A stretch of 41,760 nt of DNA. Origin: Macrostomum lignano. Its lineage: Eukaryota. The position numbers were made by a program, and so were the translations under genes. Where the stretch lies: positions 1-41,760 of the forward strand of contig NIVC01002542.1 of assembly GCA_002269645.1 (NCBI GenBank). The letters are read 5' to 3'. The notes below the pieces were generated by a model. That model did no database searches. It was not told where the DNA came from and worked only from the letters and a program-made list of their open reading frames with translations. Positions 32,456 to 41,760 of this stretch are shown piece by piece. How positions within the stretch are numbered: the first letter of the stretch is position 1; each line of letters begins with the position of its first letter.

Positions 32456-33145
32456 ATGCGAACTAACGAGAGTAGTAGTTTTCAACGAATGTATCTAGTA
32501 CCTGAATCTGTGTATCAATCTGCATGTCAAGGTGCAGAGCAAGGATCGTCACCAACTGCTGAGACACCTCGAAAAACTGAAGTTTTAGACGCACCGCAAG
32601 ATGCTCTGGCAAAAAATATGGTGGAAATGAGAGACCAAATGGATAACTTGGACAAGGAAATGGAAAAGGAGCCAAATTACACAGCTCAATTGAAACGAAG
32701 CAGATTGGAAGACAAACTTTTAAAATTGCGCAAAGTCTATCGCACTGGAGACGAGGACAATCTGTCACTTGTTCGCAAAGGGACTACTGTAAGAAGTTCA
32801 TATGCCAGCGAATCAAGGGAAATTCCTAAAGTTTTTTTACCACGTTTCGAAGCTCTCGCTCAAAACCTATTTTCGGACATGGACAAGAATGCAGAACCAA
32901 TGCTGGCTAATTTGACTGATGCCGAGATACAAGATCTCATGGAATATGTTGTTCGAGACAGACCGCTTAAGCGACACGAGACTCAACCGCCTAGTGGACT
33001 AAAAACATTTTTAGACTTTCTTCGAAAACGTGGAATCGCAGCAAACCAAATCGGGCGTCATGTACGAAACGAGCTAATGTCTGCTCCAAAAACTGTTGCA
33101 AAGGAGGATCTTAGTCTGTTTGAAAATTATCAAACACTGAATTAA
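32456..33145 (+). CDS. Maverick ORF of unknown function, 229 aa
   Basis: Clean ATG ORF tightly packed between core genes. The RMYLVP start, coiled-coil LDKEM segment and PPSGLKTFLDFL motif resemble a recurrent Polinton ORF (from memory, not searched). Confidence 0.7.
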   Translation: MRTNESSSFQRMYLVPESVYQSACQGAEQGSSPTAETPRKTEVLDAPQDALAKNMVEMRDQMDNLDKEMEKEPNYTAQLKRSRLEDKLLKLRKVYRTGDEDNLSLVRKGTTVRSSYASESREIPKVFLPRFEALAQNLFSDMDKNAEPMLANLTDAEIQDLMEYVVRDRPLKRHETQPPSGLKTFLDFLRKRGIAANQIGRHVRNELMSAPKTVAKEDLSLFENYQTLN

Positions 33146-33257
33146 GTTGTTTTAAAATTACAGATTACGTTTTAACAAAATTGATTCGAGCACTATAAGC
33201 TTTTTAAAAAGGTTAATTTTTTGTTTATGAAAAATATATAGTTTAATAAGACAAACC

Positions 33258-33446
33258 ATGTCATCTATCTTCCAAAAACTTTTGATTCGTCTCTGTGAGT
33301 TTTTTTGCATAAAATCTGAATGTGTGCCGTTTCTGGGAAAGGAGCACAACGAGGATACTGACGGAGATTCGATCGAGGCTTCGTTCTTTTGTTGCAACTG
33401 TCAAACGACTAGCATCAATCTAACTGATGATGAAGCGAGTGCGTAA
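33258..33446 (+). CDS. Possible small Cys-rich ORF, 62 aa
   Basis: ACCATGT start; fills the gap before the integrase and overlaps its start, like other junctions in the cluster. Confidence 0.35.
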   Translation: MSSIFQKLLIRLCEFFCIKSECVPFLGKEHNEDTDGDSIEASFFCCNCQTTSINLTDDEASA

Positions 33447-34587
33447 GGAAATTGAAGAATTTTTGACGGATGCTTTTTTTAACTTGAACAGGCCTACTTC
33501 ATTTAGTGGTAACAAGACTATACTTGTTCGTGAAGTACGTAAAAAGTTTCCACAGATTACGAACAAAGTTGCAAAGCGCGAAGTTGATAATTGGGTGCGA
33601 TCAACAAATGAGCATCATTTATTTCGAAAAACACGACGAAACTTTCCAACTCCAAAAATTAGTGTGCCACCAGTTGCAAAGTTTCAGTTTCAAATCGATT
33701 TGGCAGATTTACCTCAATACAAGACGGAAAATCGAGGTTATCGTTACATACTTGTTCTTATCGACTGTTTTACTAGAGTTGTACGACTAAGACCATTGCG
33801 TACAAAGAAGCCTTCAGAAGTTAGTCAAGTATTACTAGAGATTTTTCGAAGTGGTTTTAAGCCTGTTTATTTACAAGGTGATGCTGGTATGGAGTTTCTC
33901 GGAAGAGCTACACGTCAAATGCTGAAACAGGAAGGAGTTCGATTTTTTGTTAGCCAAAGCAATTACAAGGCAAGCATGGCTGAACGATTTATCCGCTCGT
34001 TAAAGGAACGTCTATTACGATACTTTCGAGCAAAAAATTTACCTCGATGGTTTGACATTTTACCGCAATTGGAAGATAATTTCAACTCTAGTCCTCATCG
34101 ATCCTTGAGTGGAGAAACACCAAAACGGGTAGAGACAGACCCGCATTTACAAGGAATTTTGTGGGACAAAATGTTTGCGAAGTCGTACACTAAAAAGAAT
34201 GAGAATAAATTTAAAGTTGGTGATTGGGTTAGAATTACACGACGTCGAGGAACATTTGAAAAAGGATACACTACGACTTGGAGTAATTCAAAATATCGCA
34301 TTCATCGTGTACACTTGACAGACCCGCCAATGTACGAATTAGTGGACCCTGAAGATGGATTTGAAGTGCTGAAAGGAAGGTTTAACCAAGCGGAACTAAT
34401 GTTGGTAAACGAGACAGATGAAACACCTAATGAAATTGAAAAAGTTATTGAAACTGATCGAGCGAAAAATGGAAGTCGTCTGTATCTAGTAAAATGGAAA
34501 GGTATGCCAATCTCAAGAAGTCAGTGGTTAAACGAAAATGATCTTGACGCAAAGACTGCTAAACTATTTTCTAAAGTGTATAAGTAA
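33427..34587 (+). CDS. int: Retroviral-like (rve, DDE) integrase with C-terminal chromodomain
   Basis: FQIDLADL (D), LQGDAGMEF (D), MAERFIRSLK (E); FKVGDWVRI...FEKGY; chromodomain IEKVI...YLVKWKG...QW. Confidence 0.96.
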   Translation: MMKRVRKEIEEFLTDAFFNLNRPTSFSGNKTILVREVRKKFPQITNKVAKREVDNWVRSTNEHHLFRKTRRNFPTPKISVPPVAKFQFQIDLADLPQYKTENRGYRYILVLIDCFTRVVRLRPLRTKKPSEVSQVLLEIFRSGFKPVYLQGDAGMEFLGRATRQMLKQEGVRFFVSQSNYKASMAERFIRSLKERLLRYFRAKNLPRWFDILPQLEDNFNSSPHRSLSGETPKRVETDPHLQGILWDKMFAKSYTKKNENKFKVGDWVRITRRRGTFEKGYTTTWSNSKYRIHRVHLTDPPMYELVDPEDGFEVLKGRFNQAELMLVNETDETPNEIEKVIETDRAKNGSRLYLVKWKGMPISRSQWLNENDLDAKTAKLFSKVYK

Positions 34588-34595
34588 CACATGAA

Positions 34596-35087
34596 TTGGG
34601 ATTGCATGACGAAGAGAAGACTGTTGAAATGGATCCTATTTTTGCTTTTTATTCTGGTCCGAATAGATCTGCTGAAGGTGGAGGTGGATATGGCATTCCT
34701 GTTTACGAAGGTTACGGTTTTTTGTCAAATTTGGCGGACAGATTGGTGTATCCTGTACTACGCAACGCAAAGAAAGATTTCTTGGATCGTGGTCTGGAGT
34801 ATTTGAAAAGTGCGACAGCAAAAATTGGTATGGGTCGGAAGCGTCACTTGGACACAGAATCGAGCGAAGAGATGTTTAATACAACTGCAGTTTCGAGACC
34901 AAAGCGAAGGAAAAGAACCAGTGGAGTGGCTATAAGCTTAGGAAAGAAGAAACGGCAAAAGAAACGACGAACAAGACAGTGTGGAAAGGGACGCGTGAAC
35001 AAAAGAAAACGCAAGAAGACCGGTGGTATAGGAAAACGTCGAACTGCTACTGCAAGCAAGAAACTTTTTAGTCTGTTTGAAAAGTAG
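34596..35087 (+). CDS. Basic core-like protein (adenovirus pVII-like role inferred)
   Basis: Arg/Lys-rich C-terminal half; GGGG/GYG/GxG motifs; lies immediately upstream of MCP. Confidence 0.7.
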   Translation: MGLHDEEKTVEMDPIFAFYSGPNRSAEGGGGYGIPVYEGYGFLSNLADRLVYPVLRNAKKDFLDRGLEYLKSATAKIGMGRKRHLDTESSEEMFNTTAVSRPKRRKRTSGVAISLGKKKRQKKRRTRQCGKGRVNKRKRKKTGGIGKRRTATASKKLFSLFEK

Positions 35088-35088
35088 C

Positions 35089-36411
35089 ATGAACCATTTG
35101 CTTGGACCTGATATTGCTGCTCTTAAAAGTGAATTGTCGCTATTTGATCAAAGTCCTGTTCAGTTTAGTGTTTTGGATAATCGATATACTAACATTCAAC
35201 CGCAACATGGTATTACAAAAGGATCACCTATCGAATTTGAAGTTGTGCCTGCAGGCGATTTGTATTTGGATCTACAAGAAACTGTGCTCACGGTATGCTT
35301 CAGCGTTAGTGATAGTGAAGGTGAACCTATAGATGCAACGAAAAATTTTGTTTGTTTGAATAATTTGGTTATTGGAACATTGTTTGAGGACGTTCAATTT
35401 ACTATTGGCGATACTGTAGTTGAAGGTGGTAGTTTTATGTATCCATACAAGGCTATGCTTCTTACATTACTGGAATATGGACATACAGCTCAGAAGGCTG
35501 GTTTACTGCCGTGGGGGTTTTACAAGGATACAGCTGGTAAAATGAATGCAACAAGTGAAAACGATGGACGAACAAAGAGGCAGGCGCTCATTGCTAACAA
35601 TAGGCGGTGCACTGTATCGGGGCCGTTATTCTTGGATTTGTTTCGTCAGCCTCGGTATCTACTATCAAAGACACCACTACGGATCAAGCTCATACCGGCA
35701 AAAAGTAAATTTGTCCTGAGCGGGTCAACATTAGAAGCTGGTGCGGTTTTAAAAGACTATGAGATCAAGTTTTTGCGTGCAGAACTACGATTGCGGTTTG
35801 TTCAACCCTCGCCGAGTGTTATCAGTGCACATGCTCATGGACTTAAAAGTCACAATGCATTATATCCGCACCGAAGTCTAAGCCTTGGTACGTTTACTAT
35901 ACCCCGAGGATCGTCTAGCCATACGCATGAAAATTTGTTTCCTAGTGGGGTACCACGGCTTTTATTGATGGCAATCGTAAGCAACAAGGCATTCAATGGA
36001 AGCATGGACACAAATCCGTTCAACTTTGAGCATGCAAATGTGAGCAGCATTGGTGTGTTTGTGAATGGAGACTCGGTACCATCGCGTCCGCTGCAGACAA
36101 ACTTTGGAGATGATTGTGTGACAGAGTATAATTTTTTGCTACAACAGCTTGGAATCTATCTACAGGGACGAGATATTGGATTTAATATGCTGGATTACGC
36201 CAATGGTTACTCAATTTTTGCATTCAGTCTTGGAAGTGAACCTGGTGTCGGACGGGGAGTGCAACTGTATAAGGAAGGAAATGTAAAACTAGAGTTACGC
36301 TTCAATGCTGCAACTAGTACCGTGTACAACGTCATATTTGGAGGTATATTTGACAAGCAACTGCAACTGACTGAACTTCGCGACATTGTTCCTGGCACAG
36401 TATGGAAGTAA
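35089..36411 (+). CDS. Major capsid protein (double jelly-roll, hexon-like), 440 aa
   Basis: SELSLFD, PIEF...YLDL, YPYKA, LDLFRQPRYL, AFNG....NPFNF and GY.IFAFSL patterns typical of Polinton MCP. Confidence 0.92.
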   Translation: MNHLLGPDIAALKSELSLFDQSPVQFSVLDNRYTNIQPQHGITKGSPIEFEVVPAGDLYLDLQETVLTVCFSVSDSEGEPIDATKNFVCLNNLVIGTLFEDVQFTIGDTVVEGGSFMYPYKAMLLTLLEYGHTAQKAGLLPWGFYKDTAGKMNATSENDGRTKRQALIANNRRCTVSGPLFLDLFRQPRYLLSKTPLRIKLIPAKSKFVLSGSTLEAGAVLKDYEIKFLRAELRLRFVQPSPSVISAHAHGLKSHNALYPHRSLSLGTFTIPRGSSSHTHENLFPSGVPRLLLMAIVSNKAFNGSMDTNPFNFEHANVSSIGVFVNGDSVPSRPLQTNFGDDCVTEYNFLLQQLGIYLQGRDIGFNMLDYANGYSIFAFSLGSEPGVGRGVQLYKEGNVKLELRFNAATSTVYNVIFGGIFDKQLQLTELRDIVPGTVWK

Positions 36412-36965
36412 TTGATTCTATCCTAGATCGTGGTGTAACAGATCGCTTCCTTCGCAATGTTGTATCGAAATTGTGCGCACATTTTTTAAATGTTGTATTT
36501 CTTGGTGTTTTTCCTCAAAACTTTGTTGGTGGACTTAGACGCTTACCTTTAGACGGTAAAGACTATTTTTTTATCGTTAATACTGACGTCTCCAACCTGC
36601 CCGGAAAACATTGGGTATGCGTTTGGGTTTATGGTCATCGAGCAGGTCGCGGTAGCAAACGACTTGGTGAATATTTTGATTCTCTTGGTCTAGTACCATT
36701 GCCAAGAATAGCAAAATGGCTAGGAAAAGAATGTGGAAATTCGAAAAATTGGTGTTATAGTCGCTTTGCTATCCAAGACCCACAGAGTGGAAGTTGTGGA
36801 TTTTGGGTAATTTTTTATATTTTTCATAAGTTGACTACCAGAGGAAACCTAGAGTGTTTTATTCGAAGCGTTTTTAAACGGAATATAATTCGCACTGGTT
36901 CGTTTCGATACTTGTATGCTAAATTACGCAATTTTGTTTTACGAGTGCTGCCTCAATATTTGTAA
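36402..36965 (+). CDS. Adenain-like (Ulp1 family) cysteine maturation protease
   Basis: NTD....PGKHW (His), EYFDSLG (Asp), IQDPQSGSCG (Gln/Cys); start overlaps the MCP stop. Confidence 0.95.
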   Translation: MEVIDSILDRGVTDRFLRNVVSKLCAHFLNVVFLGVFPQNFVGGLRRLPLDGKDYFFIVNTDVSNLPGKHWVCVWVYGHRAGRGSKRLGEYFDSLGLVPLPRIAKWLGKECGNSKNWCYSRFAIQDPQSGSCGFWVIFYIFHKLTTRGNLECFIRSVFKRNIIRTGSFRYLYAKLRNFVLRVLPQYL

Positions 36966-37200
36966 ACTCGCTAATTTGTGCGTCAAATTGTGTTTGTATC
37001 TAGTTGAAATATACAATACTGCTTGAAAAGAAGAATTTAAATGCGTTAAGTTATACGCGAAATAAGCTTTGTGTCAAATTGAATTTTGGTTGGGCTTGTA
37101 ATTAGCTGCATTCATTGCGGATAGAATTTAGGTGGATAGACAGGTGTTTGCGTAAAAGTGATTCAGCTAATTGGTTAATTCATTGCGTAAAAGCTAGTTT

Positions 37201-37303
37201 GCGTGCACGGCAAATTTCAGACTCTGCCATTTTTTTGGGCCTGTACTTACTATGTATTTCGCCATAAGGAAATCGGCTTTGTGTCAAAAAAACGTATACT
37301 ACT
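37201..37303 (-). repeat. Right TIR of the Maverick
   Basis: Reverse complement of 22576-22678; followed by TSD GACATG. Confidence 0.95.
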
Positions 37304-40300
37304 GACATGGTGGCTCTTCTATGTTTGACATGGTGGCTTTTTTAGGTTTGACATGGTGGCTCTTTTATGTTTGACATGTTGACTTTTTTATGTTCGACAC
37401 GGTGGCTCTTTTAGGTTTGAACCGGTGGCTCTTTAATGTTTGACATGGTGGCTCTTTAATGTTCGACATGGTGGCTCTTTTATGTTCGACATGGTGGCTC
37501 TTTAATGTTTGACATGGTGGCCCTTTAATGGTTAACATGGCGGCTCTTTAATTTTCGAAATGGTGGCTCCTTAATTTTCGAAATGGTGGCTGTTTTATGT
37601 TTGACATGGTGGCTCTTTAATGTTCGACATGGTGGCTCTTTAATGTTTGACATGGTGTCTGTTTTATGTTTGATATGGTGGCTCTTTAATGTTCGACATG
37701 GTGGCTCTTTAATGTTTGACATGGTAACTCTTTTATGTTTGATATGGTGGCTCTTTAATGTTCGACATGGTGGCTCTTTAATGTTCGACATGGTGGCTCT
37801 TTAATGTTCGACATGGTGGCTCTTTAATTTTTAACATGGTGACTCTTTTATGTTCGACATGGTGGCTCTTTTATGTTTGACATAGTGGCTCTTCTATGTT
37901 TGACATGGTGGCTCTTTAATGTTTGACATGGTGGCTCTATTATGTTTGACATGGTGGCTCTTCTATGTTTGACATGGTGGCTTTTTTAGGTTTGACATGG
38001 TGGCTCTTTTATGTTTGACATGTTGGCTTTTTAATGTTCGACATGGTGGCTTTTTAATGTTCGACATGGTGGCTCCTTTAGGTTTGAAATGGTGGCTCTT
38101 TAATATTTGACAAGGTGGCTCTTTAATGTTCGACATGGTGGCTCTTTTAGGTTTGAACCGGTGGCTCTTTAATGTTTGACATGGTGTCTGTTTTATGTTT
38201 GACATGGTGGCTCTTTAATGTTCGACATGGTGGCTCTTTAATGTTCGACATGGTGGCTCTTTAATTTTTAACATGGTGACTCTTTTATGTTCGACATGGT
38301 GGCTCCTTAAGGTTTGAAATATTGGCTCTTTAATGTTTAACATGGTGGCTTTTCTATGTTCGACATGGTGGCTTTTCTATGTTCGACATGGTGGCTCTTG
38401 TATGTTCGACATGGTGGCTCTTTTAATGGTCGACATGGTGGCTCTTTAATGTTCTTCATGTTGGCTCTTTTATGTTTGACATGGTGGCTTTTTTATGTTT
38501 GACATGGTGGCTCTTTTATGTTCTACATAGCTGCTCTTTTATGTTCGACATTGTGGCTCTTGTATGTTCGACAGGGTCGCTCTTTTAGGTTTGAAATGGT
38601 GGCTCTTTAATATTTGACAAGGTGGCCTTTAATGTTTAACATGGCGGCTCTTAAATTTTCGAAATGGTGGCTGTTTTATATTTGACATGGTGGCTCTTTA
38701 ATGTTCGACATGGTGGCTCTTTAATGTTCTTAATGGTGTCTGTTTTATGTTTGACATGGTTGCTCTTTTATGTTCGACATGGTGGCTCTTTAATTTTTAA
38801 CATGGTAACTCTTTTATGTTTGATATGGTGGCTCTTTTATGTTCGACATGGTGGCTCTTGTATGTTCGACATGGTGGCTTCTTTAGGTTTGAAATGGTGG
38901 CTCTTTAATATTTGACAAGGTGGCTCTTTAATGTTCGACATGGTGGCTCTTTTAGGTTTGAAATGGTGGCTCTTTAATATTTGACAAGGTGGCTCTTTAA
39001 TGTTTGACATGGTGGCTCTTTAATGTTCGACATGGTGGCTCTTTAATGTTTGACATGGTAACTCTTTTATGTTTGATATGGTGGCTCTTTTATGTTCGAC
39101 ATGGTGGCTCTTTAATGTTTGACATGGTGGCTCTTTAATGTTTGACATGGTAACTCTTTTATGTTTGATATGGTGGCTCTTTAATGTTCGACATGGTGGC
39201 TCTTGTATGTTCGACATGGTGGCTTCTTTAGGTTTGAAATGGTGGCTCTTTAATATTTGACAAGGTGGCTCTTTAATGTTTGACATGGTGGCTCTTTAAT
39301 GTTTGACATGGTGGCTCTTTTAGGTTTGAAATGGTGGCTTTTAATGTTTGACAATGTGGCTCTTTAATGTTTGACATGGTGGCTTTTTAATGTTCGACAT
39401 GGTGGCTCTTTTAGGTTTGAACCGGTGGCTCTTTAATGTTTGACATGGTGGCTCTTTAATGTTTGACATGGTGTCTGTTTTATGTTTGACATGGTGGCTC
39501 TTTAATGTTCGACATGGTGGCTCTTTTAGGTTTGAACGGTGGCTCTTTAATGTTTGACATGGTGGCTCTTTAATGTTTGAAATGGTGGCTCTTTAATGTT
39601 CGACATGGTGGCTCTTTAATTTTTAACATGGTGACTCTTTTATGTTCGACATGGTGGCTCCTTTAGGTTTGAAATATTGGCTCTTTAATGTTTAACATGG
39701 TGGCTTTTCTATGTTCGACATGGTGGCTTTTCTATGTTCGACATGGTGGCTCTTGTATGTTCGACATGGTGGCTCTTTTATGTTCGACATGGTGGCTCTT
39801 GTATGTTCGACAGGGTCGCTCTTTTAGGTTTGAAATGGTGGCTCTTTAATATTTGACAAGGTGGCCCTTTAATGTTTAACATAGCGGCTCTTAAATTTTT
39901 GAAATGGTGGCTCCTTAATTTTCGAAATGGTGGCTGTTTTATATTTGACATGGTGGCTCTTTAATGTTCTTAATGGTGTCTGTTTTATGTTTGACATGGT
40001 GGCTCTTTAATTTTTAACATGGTGGCTCTTTTAGGTTTGAAACGGTGGCTCTTTAATGTTTGACATGGTGACTCTTTAATGTTTGACATGGTGGCTTTTC
40101 TATGTTCGACATGGTGGCTCTTGTATGTTCGACATGGTGGCTTCTTTAGGTTTGAAATGGTGGCTCTTTAATATTTGACAAGGTGGCTCTTTAATGTTCG
40201 ACATGGTGGCTCTTTAATGTTTGACATGGTGGCTCTTTAATGTTCGACATGGTGGCTCTTTAATGTTTGACATGGTAACTCTTTTATGTTTAATATGGTG

Positions 40301-40725
40301 GCTCTTTTATGTTCGACATGGTGGCTCTTTAATGTTTGACATGGTGGCTATTTAATGTTTGACATGGTAACTATTTTAGGTTTGAAATGGTGGGTCTTTA
40401 ATGCTTGACAATGTGGCTCTTTAATGTTTGACATGGTAACTCTTTTATGTTTGATATGGTGGCTCTTTTATGTTCGACATGGTGGCTCTTTAATTTTCGA
40501 CATGGTGGCTCCTTTAGGTTTGAAATGGTGGCTCTTTAATGTTTGACATGGTGGCTCTTCTATGTTCGACATGGTGGCTCTTCTATGTTCGACATGGTGG
40601 CTCTTTAATTTTTAACATGGTAACTCTTTTATGTTCGATATGGTGGCTCTTTTATGTTCGACATGGTGGTTCTTTAATGTTCGACATGGTGGCTCCTTTA
40701 GGTTTGACATGGTGGCTCTTCTATT
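37304..40725. repeat. 23-bp satellite array (TGTTTGACATGGTGGCTCTTTAA), about 148 copies
   Basis: Read directly. The 23-aa periodicity (3 units) explains the MSNIKEPPC ORFs. Confidence 0.97.
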
Positions 40726-40744
40726 GCGCTTTTTTTATGTTTAG

Positions 40745-41338
40745 CAGTTTTTTAGTTTTTAAGGTGTTTTAATAAAAAATTATTTTGCGCTTCTAAGACT
40801 CGAACCCAGGTCGCTACATTAGCATTCCAGTCTGTTCGCATCAGGGCTATCTCTTTTCAATTGGAGAACATGAATTGTGGCCCTTATAATTCAATTCTTA
40901 CAGCAAGTCAATTGGAGTAAAAAGTTATGACATAATCAATTCTCAGTCAGCCAGTATCAGTCTCACTTCGAGTTAGCAATATGGTTACGCAATTTCAATC
41001 AAGTCGTGTGTGCATTTCTTCGGCACTGTTTTCAACTTGTTGTGATGCAATCTTTATCAGAATTGAAATTCAGTCAGTCAGTTTTTTTCTCTAGCATTCT
41101 TACAATGCATTTCAAGTCGAAAATTTTGCTTGACCTTTGCAAAAAGCGTGTTTTTCGAATATTTAATCCCTTTAACATTGAGCAATTTCTTAGCCAAGAT
41201 GCATGTACTGTGCCAGGAAAATTTCTGATCGAATGATGCAAGTTTGAAGAAAATCGGTTTGAGCCGTTTTTTCTGAAATCAATCGCATACCCATATACAT
41301 ACATACATACAGACAACTCATTTTTAGTATATAGGATT
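40745..41338 (+). mobile_element. Dispersed-repeat tail, copy 2 (Helitron/Helentron non-autonomous-like 3' region)
   Basis: Homologous to 20966-21656; ends AAGTTTGAAGAAAATCGG...(TACA)n-CAGACAACTCATTTTTAGTATATAGGATT. Confidence 0.55.
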
Positions 41339-41760
41339 GCACTTTTTAAGAACGTATAAGCAAAATTCTAAATCATCGATTTTTTTAATTTCCACTGGCA
41401 TTTTGCATTGACTTGATATGCATTTTATACAAGCTAATCAAATGACAATAAACTCCTTTTTATCGTTATCATTTTCTCGAGCCTCGCTATGAACTTCGTT
41501 TTTTTGCACTCTGCCTTTGCTCCTATATGGCACAAAATTTAAATTTGTGTAAAATCATAAAATGAATTGCAATTTTTCAATGAACAAAATATACAGTTCT
41601 TTCTTATCACTGAACACATGCGTGTCTTCAATTACTTGAGCTTGAGCCAACTGTATATATGTAACCTGTATACATACTGCATTATGGCACATTGAGTGCA
41701 TAAATCCACCTTTGATTTCTTTCATATCAGCTTTGCATGTCGATCTTAATACATTTAATT

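Larger units (their letters stand above)
22576..37303 (+). mobile_element. Maverick/Polinton (endogenous adintovirus-like element), 14,728 bp, probably replication-defective
   Basis: 5'-AGTAGT...ACTACT-3' termini, TIRs, 6-bp TSD GACATG (22570-22575 and 37304-37309). Encodes INT, MCP, mCP, ATPase and PRO, all on the plus strand. Confidence 0.96.

Noticed and set aside
37525-40772. MSNIKEPPC and MFDMVALL ORFs
   Set aside because: Translations of the 23-bp satellite.

Overview
Eukaryotic (animal) genomic DNA, very rich in tandem repeats, in three parts. (1) 2.9-16 kb: seven minus-strand exons of a FARP/CDEP-family FERM-domain gene. All splice phases join. The introns hold minisatellites, a ~1.35 kb foldback element, a 1,273 bp solo-LTR-like insertion with a 4-bp TSD, and a pair of mutually inverted arrays bracketing one intron. 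(2) 17.8-22.6 kb and 37.3-41.3 kb: two head-to-tail copies of a composite repeat (shared leader minisatellite, a different central 24-bp or 23-bp satellite, and a homologous ~650 bp tail), resembling non-autonomous Helitron/Helentron derivatives. (3) 22,576-37,303: a Maverick/Polinton (endogenous adintovirus-like element, 14,728 bp) with AGTAGT...ACTACT ends, ~103 bp TIRs and a perfect 6-bp TSD (GACATG), inserted into the 23-bp satellite. It has open ORFs for integrase with chromodomain, major and minor capsid proteins, packaging ATPase, adenain protease, a parvovirus-type PLA2 protein, dUTPase and basic core-like proteins. Only an N-terminal remnant of the protein-primed DNA polymerase remains. 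The most unusual part is the left arm: a two-repeat TBP-fold gene and two intron-containing ORFs, one of which looks like an OB-fold ssDNA-binding protein. All protein assignments come from motif recognition by eye; no database searches were run.
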